Below, piece by piece: positions 13,050 through 24,698 of a stretch of DNA of 64,000 nucleotides (positions are counted from its first letter, which is position 1; each line of letters begins with the position of its first letter). A program made the position numbers and the translations under genes. The DNA is taken from positions 5,146,001 through 5,210,000 of the forward strand of contig NW_027140221.1 in the NCBI RefSeq assembly GCF_036365525.1, given 5' to 3'. The notes under the pieces were generated by a model. The model ran no database searches. It had not been told where the DNA came from and was given only the letters and a program-made list of their open reading frames with translations. This DNA comes from Heterodontus francisci. Its lineage: Eukaryota.

Positions 13050-13335
13050 ATTAATTTCCCCTTCATAAGTGTTGTTTGTACGGTGGTGATGAGCCTGCTT
13101 CTTGAACCGCTACATTCCTTGTGGTGTTGGTAGTCCCACAGTGCTCTTAGGATGGGAGTTCCAAGGTGTTGTCACAGCGACAACTAAGGAAAGGCGATCT
13201 GTTTCCAGGTAAGGAATTTGTGTGCCATGGAGGAGAACTTATGGTGCCGATGTTCCCATACACCTGTTCTCTTGATCTTGCATGTTTGGTACGTGCTGTC
13301 AAAGGAGCCTTGGTGTTGCTGCAGTGCATTCGCAT
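13050..13335 (-). mobile_element. LINE family B 3'-end fragment
   Basis: GGTGGTGATGAGCCTGCTTCTTGAACCGC...GGGAGTTCCAAGG is the reverse complement of the 3' region seen at ~53880-53980. Confidence 0.7.
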
Positions 13336-13829
13336 ATGCCTAATTATTAATGATCATAAAAATTATACTTCTAAATCACTTTGTCTCCTGTAGTTTTTCA
13401 CTTCCCACCATTTACAATATACCCAGAATGATTTTTGTTTTTGTTTCAGTGTAGAGGACTTCGCACGTGGCAACAAAAAATGCATTTGATGTAGTTTTAC
13501 TAACGCTCTTAATGTGTGGATGTTTCCTAATAACGTTCCCCTCTCTTGAACATGATTTATTTTCCTTTGTAAGTTATTGTGGAGCACAACGTGCTCGTTA
13601 AGCAGTGCTCAGTTAAGAAATTGCAAAAGTCGGAGATTTGCAGCAAGTGAAAATTGGTGTGAATGTGTCAGACGGGGCTGCTGTGTATTATTTTTGTTTA
13701 TGTCCGGTGACTCGTGAGTATTTTTCTTGTGTCAGTATAAACTAAAGATAAACAAAAACACCTAACTAGCTACCATTTAATTTACTACATTCCTGACTAA
13801 TTATCCAGCAAATAAACAGATGAGGTTCG

Positions 13830-16525
13830 ACAAACATGGCAGGAAAGGTTTCATGCCATTTATTGCAGCATGTGGGAGATTGTGGCAACCCCAGACACCA
13901 TATCTAAGGTAATTGCCTGCAACTCGGGGAGCTTCATCACAGAGTTGTGGAACTGCAACGCGAGCCGAAGACAATGTGGGACATCATGAGGGGGAGAGTT
14001 AACTTGACACTTTAGCAGGTTAACTTGATCAAGTTAACTTTATTCCAGGAGGCAGCCACAACCCTCAGCTTCATCTGCAGTAGAGAACTAGTCAATTTTC
14101 AGGGAACATGAGTCCATGACAGTGATTCAGAGATATGGGGATACAACGTATAGTGATAAAGGATTTTTGGCACTTGGCCTTGACCAACAGGTATAAGGTA
14201 ATGGCTACTTGGGTAGATGAGAAGAAGAATTGCAGGTTGAGTGATCAAATTGACAGGGCTACCACTGTGCAGGAAATTATTGATGTGGGCGTGGGAGGAA
14301 AAGGCATACAGTAATGATTGGGATATAATAGTCTGAGGAATAGATTCTTCTGTCTGCGATCGAGAGCTCCAAAGGTTGTGCTCCTTGCCCAGTGTTATGT
14401 CTGAAGTCTTCTCTGCACAGCTGGAGACGAATTCTGAGTGGATGGGAAGGGTAAAGTTGTTGTGGTCCATGTAGGTACCAACTACCTTCGGAATACTGTC
14501 ATTTTTAATGAAGTTACAGAGGTTACAGACCAAATTGTAAAGCAGAATCTCTGAAATAATAATTTTTGAATTGTTCCCCGAGCCATGTGCGAATTTGCAC
14601 AGGGTTAAACCAGGATAAATACTTGGCTGAATTACTGTTGTCGGAGGCAGGGGTGTTGTTTCATGGTCTACTTGCAGCAGCATTCGGGAAAGTGTGAGAT
14701 GTTTCACGGACAAGAGCTACACTCAAACTTGGCTGGGAGCCGTGTTCTGGCGAATCGAATAACTAAGACAGTGTAAAGGGCGTTACACTAATACAGGGTG
14801 AAGCTACGATTCAGCAATGGGTACATTCAAAAAAATCAAGGAAAATATTATGGATGTAGGGCTGAAATCTATTTTGTGCAAGGAGAGCACAGTGAGTTCG
14901 GAAGGTGCTTTTAGAGTAATATGACATTAGTGACTAAGGTGATTTAAGGAAAAATGAGCAAAATGCCAAAGCTAAAGGCACTGTGCCTGATTGCACCAGG
15001 GGTAGTACAGATATAAATTAATGCATTTTCTGCAATAATCATTGCGGAGATTTAGTAGCAAAGTACTCAAGGTTGGATACTAAATATTACAGGATACTTA
15101 AAATTTTTAGTGGCTAGTCAGAATCAAAAGAAAAGAGAGACAGTGGACGACTGATAATACTGGATGGACTAAAGGTAGTAGAGAGCAAGGATCTTAGCTC
15201 AGAAAATATAGACGTAGAAGCAGTTTGGGTGTAACAAAGAAACATTAAGCGAAGGGTAACATTGAACAGGATTATCTATAAGCAGCTTCATAGTATGTGT
15301 AGTGCAGGGCAGAGCATCAATCAGGAAATTAGAGGCACATGCAGTAAGGTTAATACAGTGATCATGGGGGACTTCATATAGATGTGGAAAATCAACTTTA
15401 CATTAATAGTTTTGTAGATCTGTATGTCTATGAAACAACTAGGGAGAACAGGATTTTTCTTTTGTATGAGGGAACAGGCTATTTAGAATCCAGTATTGTG
15501 TAATGACAACGTATGAATTAGTAACCGTTCAGTGAAGGGACTGTGGTCTTGTGCTACGTTCTTGAGATTTAATTAATTGATAGACGCAAATTTTATATTT
15601 GAATTCAACGCAAATACTATTTGCTATCTTATTAATCTTTCTTGGTCCCCAGCTATTCAATATATACATAGTTTAGACAGGCCAAGCGAGGAAGCAAGTA
15701 CATGACAGATTACATATAATATGGACAAAAGTGAAGTTATCCGCTTAGGTAGGAACGACAGAAATGCAGAGTATTCCTTAAATGTGGAGAGATTTGGAAG
15801 TGTTGATGTCCAATCGCACCTTGCTACTCCTTGCTCACAAGTCACTGAAAGCTGACATATCGGGGCCACAAGCAATTCGGAGGGCAAAATGATATGTTGG
15901 TCCTTGAGTATAGGAGGGAAGATTGCTTGTTACAATTGTTTAGAGCTTTGGTGAGATCGCATCCGAAGTATTGTGCACATTTTGGCCTCCATACCTAAGG
16001 CATGATATACATGCCGTAGAGGGAGTGCAACGAAGGTTCATAAAAATGATGTCTGGGTTGGCGGAACTTTCCTCTGAGGAGAGATTGAGGATACTGGACC
16101 TATTTTCTCCAGAGTTTAGAAAAATGAGAGGTGCTCTTATTGAAGCATTCAGAATTCGTACAGGTCTCAAAAGGATAGATGCAGAAAGGATGTTTTTCCT
16201 GACTTGGTGGTGCTGTGGCGGGGCGTCTCGAACCAGAGGACACCATCTGTGCATAAGAGGTAATCCATTTAGGAATGAATTGAGGAGGAATGTCTTCACT
16301 CAGAGGGTGGTGAATATTTGGAATTCTCCAACCTGAGATCTGTGAAGGCCCAGACATTCAGTACATTCAAGACCGAGATCGATAGATGACTACATATTTA
16401 AGCTATCAAGCGAAATGGGACAGTGCTGGAAAACGAAATTGATTTAGCTGATCAGACATGAAGTAGCTGAATGTCGAAGCAGGCTCGAGAGGCCAAATGG
16501 TCTACTCCTGCTTCTATTTCCTATT
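13830..16525 (+). mobile_element. Decayed CR1 with ORF1 (zinc finger/leucine zipper plus SGNH esterase), endonuclease, internal deletion and ORF2 C-terminus
   Basis: TGCAGCATGTGGGAG (CSMWE) at ~13864, GTCCATGTAGGTACCAAC (VHVGTN) at ~14465, ATCATGGGGGACTTC (IMGDF) at 15361, and ORF 15971-16336 with EGVQRRF...FTQRVVNIWNS. Most of the RT core is missing. Confidence 0.85.
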
Positions 16526-17181
16526 GTCCTGTGTTGCTATCCAGATTGCATGATCACATGTATTTTTCTCGCTGGTGTGTTTATGATGTTTGCAAGTCAT
16601 ATGTTGAGCATATATCTCAAAATGCTGATTCCTCCTTATATATGTACACTAACATTATCAGTTGGATCAGTGGCCTTGGCATTCGAAGGTACGGTTTCTA
16701 AACAATGAAATCACCATTACAATACATTACTGGAGCCTTCAGCACATTCCCACACTCACAGACAGAAGTATCAGTGAATGAGAGAGATAGAATGAGATCC
16801 AAACTCACTTAATGTAGCAGAGATTGACGGATGCATAATTATCACTTTTACATACAGTACAAGAGGCAAGACAAACTATGACGTGCTTCCACCTGTAACG
16901 GGTTTGAGAAGTTTGGGACTGACTTCCGCAAATGTCAATTGTTGCTATCGCAATTCTTAATTTTTAGACTGTGAGCGATAGATGTTTGTTTACGAAGGAT
17001 AATGGGGGCAAAGGTGGGTATATGGAGTTGGTTGCAGGTCAGCCATGATCTCATTGAATGGCAAAACAGGCGTGAGGGTTAAATGGCCTACTCCAGCTCC
17101 TATGAGAGGCACATAATTAATCCCTCCTCACACACAATACAAGAGACTGACATATTCAGAATCTCATGCTGTGTGCCAGGG

Positions 17182-17311
17182 NNNNNNNNNNNNNNNNNNN
17201 NNNNNNNNNNNNNNNNNNNNNNNNNNNNNNNNNNNNNNNNNNNNNNNNNNNNNNNNNNNNNNNNNNNNNNNNNNNNNNNNNNNNNNNNNNNNNNNNNNNN
17301 NNNNNNNNNNN
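17182..17311. other. Assembly gap (130 N)
   Basis: Run of N bases. Confidence 1.
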
Positions 17312-18004
17312 AGAATAAATGTCCCTCTCACGTACAGGACAACAGACTGAACAATTCAGCACAACGTGGAATTAATGTTGATCTAACAAAATGTAATAAC
17401 AGATCGTCTCCACGCCCAGTATTTCGAAAGTGCACTCGCCCGGGTTAAACTCAATGATTAATGTCTGTTGTTCCCATCTCTTTGATTTGTAAACTTCACT
17501 GCACCGTAAGTTGGCAATAGCTACTGGCTGGAAGTGTAAACTGCAACACAGCAGCATAGATTCACATGGCTTGTCCTGCCTGAAGAAGCAGAGAATGAGA
17601 GGAAGTAGTATATGTATGTAAGCCCGACACTCACATTGTCACACAAATCATACAATGAAAAATAAAATCAATTTCCGTGAGGGAAAGAAAAACTTGCCTT
17701 TTACTTAGGCATTTGTAAATTTTCCCTGTTACATTTCACTCAAGATTTAACAGTATTTCTATTTTTGTCCTGAAGATACGTTCTCTATTACTTCAAATTA
17801 AAATATATATATATATATATATTTAAAAAAAACAAAGGGCGTGACTGACAGTTCAGCAGAAAATATTCGAATTCGAAAGGGACGAAATACAGAAGAAAGC
17901 TAAGCTCAAATGAAAGAGGAATATGCTTTAAAATGTTGCATGCCCTGTAGTCTATGTACAGCAGGGATCCTTGCATTAACGGTTCAGGTCTGTGATCCTT
18001 TTAT

Positions 18005-20330
18005 AGGAACATAGTAACATGGAAACACAGGAACAAAGGGACTTAAGAGCAGGAGGAGGCCATTCAGCCCCTTGAGCCTGCACGCCATTCACTATGTTCA
18101 TGGCTGATCTTCCACTTTAATGCCTTTTTCCCACATTATCTCGTTATGTCGTGTGTATTTAGAAATCTGTCCATCTCTGCTTTAAACATACTTAATGACT
18201 GAGCTTCCATAGCCCTTTGGGGTACAGAATTCCAAATATTCACAACCCTTTGATAAAATAAATTTCTCCTAATTTATGTCCTCATTGGCGTCCCCCTTAC
18301 TTTGAAATTGTGTCCTCTGGTTCTGGACTCCCCAATCAGGGGGAAAATTGATTGCATCTACATTGTCTATCCCTTTAAGTATTTTGAAGGTTTCAATTAG
18401 ATCACCTCGCAATCTTAGAAACTCTAGGGAATACAGGCCCAGTTTCCCCAATCTCTCTTCATAGCACAGTCGGGAATACAGGCCCAGTTTCCCCAATCTC
18501 TCTTCATAGCACAGTCCCACCAGCCCGGGAACAAGTCTGCTGAGCCTTCGCTGCACTCCCTCTATGTCAATAATATCCTTGCTAAGGAAGGGGGACCAAA
18601 ACTACACACGCAGTACTCCAGGTGCAGTCTCACCAAGGTTCTATACAATTGAAGCAAGACTTCGCTACTCCTGAGTACAAGTCCTCTGGCGATTAAGTCT
18701 ATCATGCCATTAGCCTCCCTAATTGCTTGCTGCGCCTACATGTTGGCTTTCAGTGACTTATCAACACGGAAACCGAGGTCCCTTTGCACACCTACACTTT
18801 CTAATCTCTTAGCATTTACGAAATGCTCTGCACATCTATACCTCATACCAAAGTGGCTAACCTCATATGTTTCCACATTTTATTCCATCTGCTATGTTCT
18901 TGCCCACTCACTAAGATTGTCCAAATCCCCTTCAAGCCGCTTTTCATCTACCTTACAGCACACATTCCCACCTAGTTTTTGTGCCATCCGAGAACTTGGA
19001 AATACTACATTTGATGCCACATCCAAATCATTGACATATATTGTGAAATAACTAGGGCTAAAGCACTGATCCCTATGGTACCACATTAGTCACAGCTTTA
19101 TAACGCTAAAATGACCCATTTATTCCTACTCTCTGCTTTGTGCCTGTTAACCAATTCTTAATGCATGCCACTAGATTGTCTCCTATCCCATTTGCTTCAA
19201 TTTTGCTAACCAACCTCCTGTGGGGGACTTTATCAAAAGCCTACTGAAAGTCCTAGTACAGCACATCGACCGACTCCCCTTTATCAATTCGGTTAATAAT
19301 ATTCTCAAAAAGCTCCAACAGTTTCGTCAAACATGATTTCCTGTTCAGAAATTCATGATAGCTATGCCCAATCAGACCATTATTATCCAACTGCCCATTT
19401 ATCATATCCATTCGAATAGATTCTAGCATTTTCCCAAATACTGATGGAAGGCTACCAGGCCTGTAATTCCTTGTTTTCTCTCTCCCTCCCTTCTTAAATA
19501 GTGGGGTGACATTTGCGATCTTCCAAGCTGCAGGAACCGCTGCAGAATCTATTGAGTTATGGAATATGATCATCAATGCATCCACAATCTCCACAGCATC
19601 CTTGTTAAACACGCTGGGCTATAGTATATCAGGTCCTGGAGACTTATCAACCTTCATCCCATTAATTTAACCAATACAACCACGTTACTGATGCTAATTT
19701 CCTTCAATTCCTCATTCTTCCTAATGCCTGAGATCTATAATGTAGGGAGATTTCTTGTATTTTCCTCAGTGAAGGCAGACACAAATTAATAATTCAGCTT
19801 TTCTGCCATTTCTCTTTATCCCATTATAAATTCTCCTGACTCACATTTGTCTTTGTCAGATGTATCCTTTTTACATACCGATAGAACCTTTCACAGTTCA
19901 TTTCTAATATATTTTTGCTAGCTTGCATTCATAATCTCTTCTCCCTTCCTTTATCAGTTTTCTCCTCCTCCTTTGTAGTATTCTAACATCGTCCTAATCG
20001 TCAGGTTCACTACTATCTCTGGCAATGTATCGGCCATTTCTTTTACTAACATACAATCCTTAATTTGCTTTGTTATCCACTATTATCTGTCTTTGCTTTT
20101 GGCTTTTTTGAGTCTTGAAGGAATGCATAGTTACTGTAAGCTATGTAATATTTCTGTAAAGACTCTCCATTACCTATATGCTGTCATACTTATTAATGCA
20201 CTTTCCCAATCCACCTCAGCTAATTTGCCCCTTATACCTTCATAATTTTCTCTGTTCAAATTTAACACTTTGGCTTCAGTTTAAACTCTGTCACCTTCAA
20301 ACATAATGTAAAATTTTATCACATCATGGT
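18005..20330 (-). mobile_element. CR1 LINE, 5'-truncated, disrupted ORF2
   Basis: Minus-strand ORFs VPAAWKIANVTPLFKKGGR..NYRP..SCLTKLLE and QRRLSRLVPGLVGLCYEERL. Confidence 0.9.
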
Positions 20331-20739
20331 TACAAAAGTTAATTTTCATCCTACCTCCTCTCTCCATAGATGCTGTGGGACATGTTATGTCTTTCCAGCA
20401 TCATGTATTATTATTTTAATTTCCAGCCTATGCAGTATCTCGCATTTCTGTAAAATAAATCAATCACCGTGCGGGAACGGCATTAAACAAAAAGAAAATC
20501 GGGAAACAGCGAAATAAAAGATTCACTGTCCCAGTTTCGCACTAAAATTCAGGGAACGATATCAATAATAAGGAACAAAATCTGAGTTAAACCTTCAATG
20601 GAAAATCAGGGGATAATGGAACCATTTTTTTGTTTGAATTGCAATCACATGTGTTTTTGAATTAAAACTAACCCGAAGAGCATCACATTCTGTTCAACTT
20701 TTGTAGTTTGTGATTTGAGTGGATGGAATCCCAATGAGC

Positions 20740-20809
20740 TCTGATGGCCGGGAACTGAACCAGGGTCAAATGCTCAGAAGTTAACTACACTCACCGTTAT
20801 ATAGATCGC
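20740..20809 (-). pseudogene. Decayed tRNA-Gly(UCC)-derived pseudogene
   Basis: Reverse complement GCGATCTATATAACGGTGAGTGTAGTTAACTTCTGAGCATTTGACCCTGGTTCAGTTCCCGGCCATCAGA resembles tRNA-Gly-TCC (...GGTGAGCATAGCTGCCTTCCAAGCAGTTGACCCGGGTTCGATTCCCGGCCAACGCA). Confidence 0.65.
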
Positions 20810-20959
20810 TCACTGCCAGTGATTACTTAAGGCTTTCTCTGGATTTGCGTACTGAAAAGTTCCCTGTCTGTTTCTTGCTCGTTAAACAATGAACAATAGA
20901 TTGGAAATACAAAACATTCAATAATGATGATAATTCACCTTGTCTACAAAGAAGAATTT

Positions 20960-21420
20960 GTTGAAAGGGATAAATATCGAGAATTTCAAGTCAAAGCACC
21001 TGGAATCTCAGCTGCAGCGATTAAAATCGGAACGTGCAAGATGGCCAAAGATCACAAAAATTGAGCAGCTTTGGAGTGCTGGAGATGATTGCAGAGAAAG
21101 GGAGGGGTGAAGTCACGGAGAGACTTAAAAGCAAGGATGAGGACATTAAATTTGAGGCAATGTCCGGACAGGAGCCATTCTACGTCAGCACAAAAGTGAT
21201 GGATGGACAGGACTTAGAGTGGATTAATTTACAGACAGCAGAATTTCGGAGGTGCACAGATATATGTAGCATGCAAGATGGGATGTAAGAAGGGGAAGAC
21301 TGGAATAGCCCGATTTAGAGTTAACAACTCTATGGATGAGGGTTTCAGCAATAGTTGAGCTGAGGATGAATCGAGGTTGGATGATGGTCGGGATGTTAAC
21401 GTATGGATATGATAACGCTC
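20960..21420 (-). mobile_element. L2-like LINE fragment
   Basis: ATGGATGAGGGTTTCAGCAATAGTTGAGCTGAGG is antisense to the L2 ORF2 'AETLIH' region seen at ~49540-49575. Confidence 0.6.
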
Positions 21421-21549
21421 TTTCAGTCTACCAATATCACCTGGTTTTTTCAGAGATATTGACAATGAAATTAATACAATGTAAGTCCTTATTGCTCAAT
21501 ATTAGAATGTCCGTTTGCATAAAGGGAGGCCATCAAATTTTCCATTGGC

Positions 21550-21880
21550 ATGTAAGTAGTTTGCAGGTCGTAAGAGGTGGCTGTGGACTATTAGGGACAA
21601 TGAGGGTGAATTATGCTTAGAGGTGCAGGGCAAGGCTGGAATAATTAATACGTGCTTTGTATACATTTTTACTAAGGAAGAGGATTCTGACAATTTATTG
21701 CTGGAAGCAGAAATGACAAAGGTAATGAATGGGATCACAATTGATTGGAAGGATACTCTGGAAAGGCTTGACATGCTTAGACTGGGTAAGTTGCTTGGCC
21801 TGGAGTGTTGTACAGGAGTTTGCGAAATCAAGTGGGAGTGGATATAGAGGAAGAGCTTGCTATAATCTTCCAATTTTCGC
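21550..21880 (+). mobile_element. Old CR1 ORF2 internal fragment
   Basis: ORF 21623-21847 (IINTCFVYIFTKEED...LERLDMLR..K..G) matches the CR1 endonuclease-RT linker. Confidence 0.55.
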
Positions 21881-21914
21881 AATTTACACAGAAGGTGCCA
21901 AGAAAGACAATAAG

Positions 21915-22132
21915 GACTTTTCACATATATATCTCCAAAAGGTTTGTTGCAGAAGGATATGGCTGGAGCCTATATTTACTCAGTTCTACATTTATTGTGT
22001 GGAGTAAAAGGATTGCAAACATGTAGCTCCTCATAAAAATCCCTCTCTCAGTTCCAGTGTGTGTCTGCCTTTAAGTGCTCAACTCAGACCTCTATCAATT
22101 CCCTTCACCAGCATATAATCACAGAGTCAACA
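21915..22132 (-). repeat. Copia 3' LTR, with polypurine tract adjacent at 22133-22150
   Basis: GGCTGGAGCCTATATTTACTCAG...CCCTTCACCAGCATATA repeats at 27421-27580. The minus strand reads AAAAGAAAGGAGGGGATC then TGTTG. Left boundary uncertain. Confidence 0.8.
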
Positions 22133-23980
22133 GATCCCCTCCTTTCTTTTACTATTCAAGTTAGATTAACATGCTCAAAAATATTTCAAAATAAATCAAA
22201 ATTACATTCCATATGGGTAAAAAGATTTTACATTGTGAGACGGCCCTCATCCAGCACCTCCAACAATATTTTTGGACTTGCATCCACCCATTTAAGTTTG
22301 GAGACTTATTTTCTCTGCAGCATTTGCTTCAATCCAGCGAGGTCAATACGTATTCTTTTCTCACTCACACTTTTTGTAGAGTTCACATTGTCCCACAAAA
22401 GCGATTATCCACATAACATTCAATAGGTATCCTATCTTCAGGACGTCCCTTGTTCAGAATTTCACCCAAAATATTTGACAAATAGAACACCATGTCCGCT
22501 GCCTCCACAGGACCCAGTGTTTCTGCTGCAAACGGGCTTTTAACAACGCATTTAATTTTCTTAGTCTCTCAAGCTAAAGGACAACATTTCCCATTTTCAC
22601 AATTATAAATATTATGAAGCCAGCTGTACTCGAATACCCATTAGCACGCTTAGCATGTGAAGCGTCACTGAAAAAAAAACTTAACTTCATGTTGTGTGGG
22701 TCACCGAAGGTACACGTTCAGTACACGTTTCTCCAGATTTAGTTTTGCAACGTTTTATTTGGCCTTAAACCATCTCAACTTTTGGATGTTTCATCATCGT
22801 GCTTAACTCCAGGGCACCAAAACTAACATCAGACCTAGTCAAAGAGTCTAACCCATTTAACTGACCCACCAGGCTTCGCAATTGTTGAATCTCTGCTTGA
22901 GATAGATCATCACCTTTCTTTGCTGACCTAATACAATTAACAAGGATGGGAATAACAATCTCTAAATAGGACTTTAGATTCAAACATATTCCAGACTTAT
23001 TCTGTTTAATATTTAAACCGATATGTTTAAAGGCCCCACAAGCCTGATTCCCAATCTTAAATGCTGCCTTAATCATATAAATAACATATTTTTCAAAATC
23101 TGCTGCACCACCCCATAAGAAATCATCAACCTGCAATTAAGTTGCCTGAAAGTTTACCTTTATGATAGAAATAAAACACTGCAGGATCTGCTTTTAGTTG
23201 AACACAAACAATTTTCAATAAAACAGATCTTACCGAGCAATGCCACACCCTGGAATCATCATGAAGGCCGTCGGCGCATTTGTTCAGTTTCCACAACTTT
23301 CCTTCTGTACCTACTGCCTCTTTCGGTGGTTTCAGATACACTTCTCTCTGAAAAGTGTCACGTTGCAGAATAGCAGAATTTACGTCAATGGATCTACATT
23401 CCCTTGAATATGTGGCCAAACGAGGCTAAAATATTTTCAAGATTACTTTTCCAGCTTTGGGAGAGTCTATTCTAACATCGGTATCCCCCAATCGCTCTTA
23501 CAAACCCCTCACAACTAACCTCGCATTAGCCTTATAAGTTCCATCGGGAAGGACCTTTTCAGTACAAATCCATCCATGTGACAAGGCTGGCTGTCCCCTA
23601 TCAGGTACCTCAGAATGGACTCCAAACTGTCTCCTTATGTTTTGCTTCTCTGATTAGTTAATCCTCTAGTTTATTGGCAGCCACTAAAACTTCACAATCA
23701 AGAGGACTTCTGCTTTTAGTTCTATTCTGTCCTGTAGCCTTCGTTGAATTTGTACGTAGTATGGCTTCTATGAGCGCTTTGTTGCCTTTCGAGACTACTG
23801 CTAGAAGATCTCACTCGCACTTTATTGGAGGTTCTTTCTCCAGTACATGTTCGCTTCCTTATGCAAGAGTCACTTCCTGACCCGCTATCACAACTTGCAC
23901 TGCGCTTTCCTACCCTACACTCTTTCACCCCATTTTGTCAGTCCATAGCTATGGCTTATTAGCCATTATCCTGAACGTGT

Positions 23981-24698
23981 CCAGAGAGATTTGGGTGTTC
24001 AGGTCCACTGTTCCCTGAAGGTGGCAACGCAGGTAAATAGAGTGGTCAAGAAGGCATACGGCATGCTTTCCTTCATCGGACGGGGTATTGAGTTCAAGAG
24101 TTGGCAGGTCATGTTACAGTTGTATAGGACTTTGGTTCGGCCACATTTGGAATACTGCGGACAGTTCTGGTCGCCACATTATCAAAAGGATGTGGATGCT
24201 TTGGAGAGGGTGCAGAGGAGGTTCACCAGGATGTTGCCTGGTATGGAGGGCGCTAGCTATGAAGAGAGGTTGAGTAGATTAGGATTATTTTCATTAGAAA
24301 GACGGAGGTTGAGGGGGGACCTGATTGAGGTGTACAAAATCATGAGAGGTATAGACAGGGTGGATAGCAAGAGGCTTTTTCCCAGAGTGGGGGATTCAAT
24401 TAGTAGAGGACACGAGTTCAAAGTGAAAGGGGAAAAGTTTAGGGGGGATATGCGTGGAAAGTTCTTTACGCAGAGGGTGGTGTGTGCCTGGAACGCGTTG
24501 CCAGCGGAGGTGGTAGATGCGGGCACGATGGCGTCTTTTAAGATGTATCTAGACAGATACATGAATGGGCAGGAAGAAAAGAGATACAGAACCTTAGAAA
24601 ATAGGCGACATGTTTAGAGAGAGGATCTGGATCGGTGCAGGCTTGGAGGGCCGAAGGGCCTGTTCCTGTGCTGTAATTATCTTTGTTCTTTGTTCTTT
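23981..24698 (+). mobile_element. Young 5'-truncated CR1 inserted into the copia pol, with a GTGT duplication
   Basis: Uninterrupted 208-aa CR1 ORF2 C-terminus and a (TGTTCTT)n-type tail. GTGT at 23977-23980 and 24699-24702. Confidence 0.95.

Noticed and set aside
14099-14713. 204-aa minus-strand ORF
   Set aside because: It is the antisense frame of the decayed CR1 ORF1 esterase region and has no independent motif.
9530-16860. Weaker V-like motifs at 9530-9575 (CKLS...IMYWH) and 16600-16860 (ISQ..., EGTVS, LQHI)
   Set aside because: Too few ordered motifs to stand alone. Kept only as candidates within the array hypothesis.
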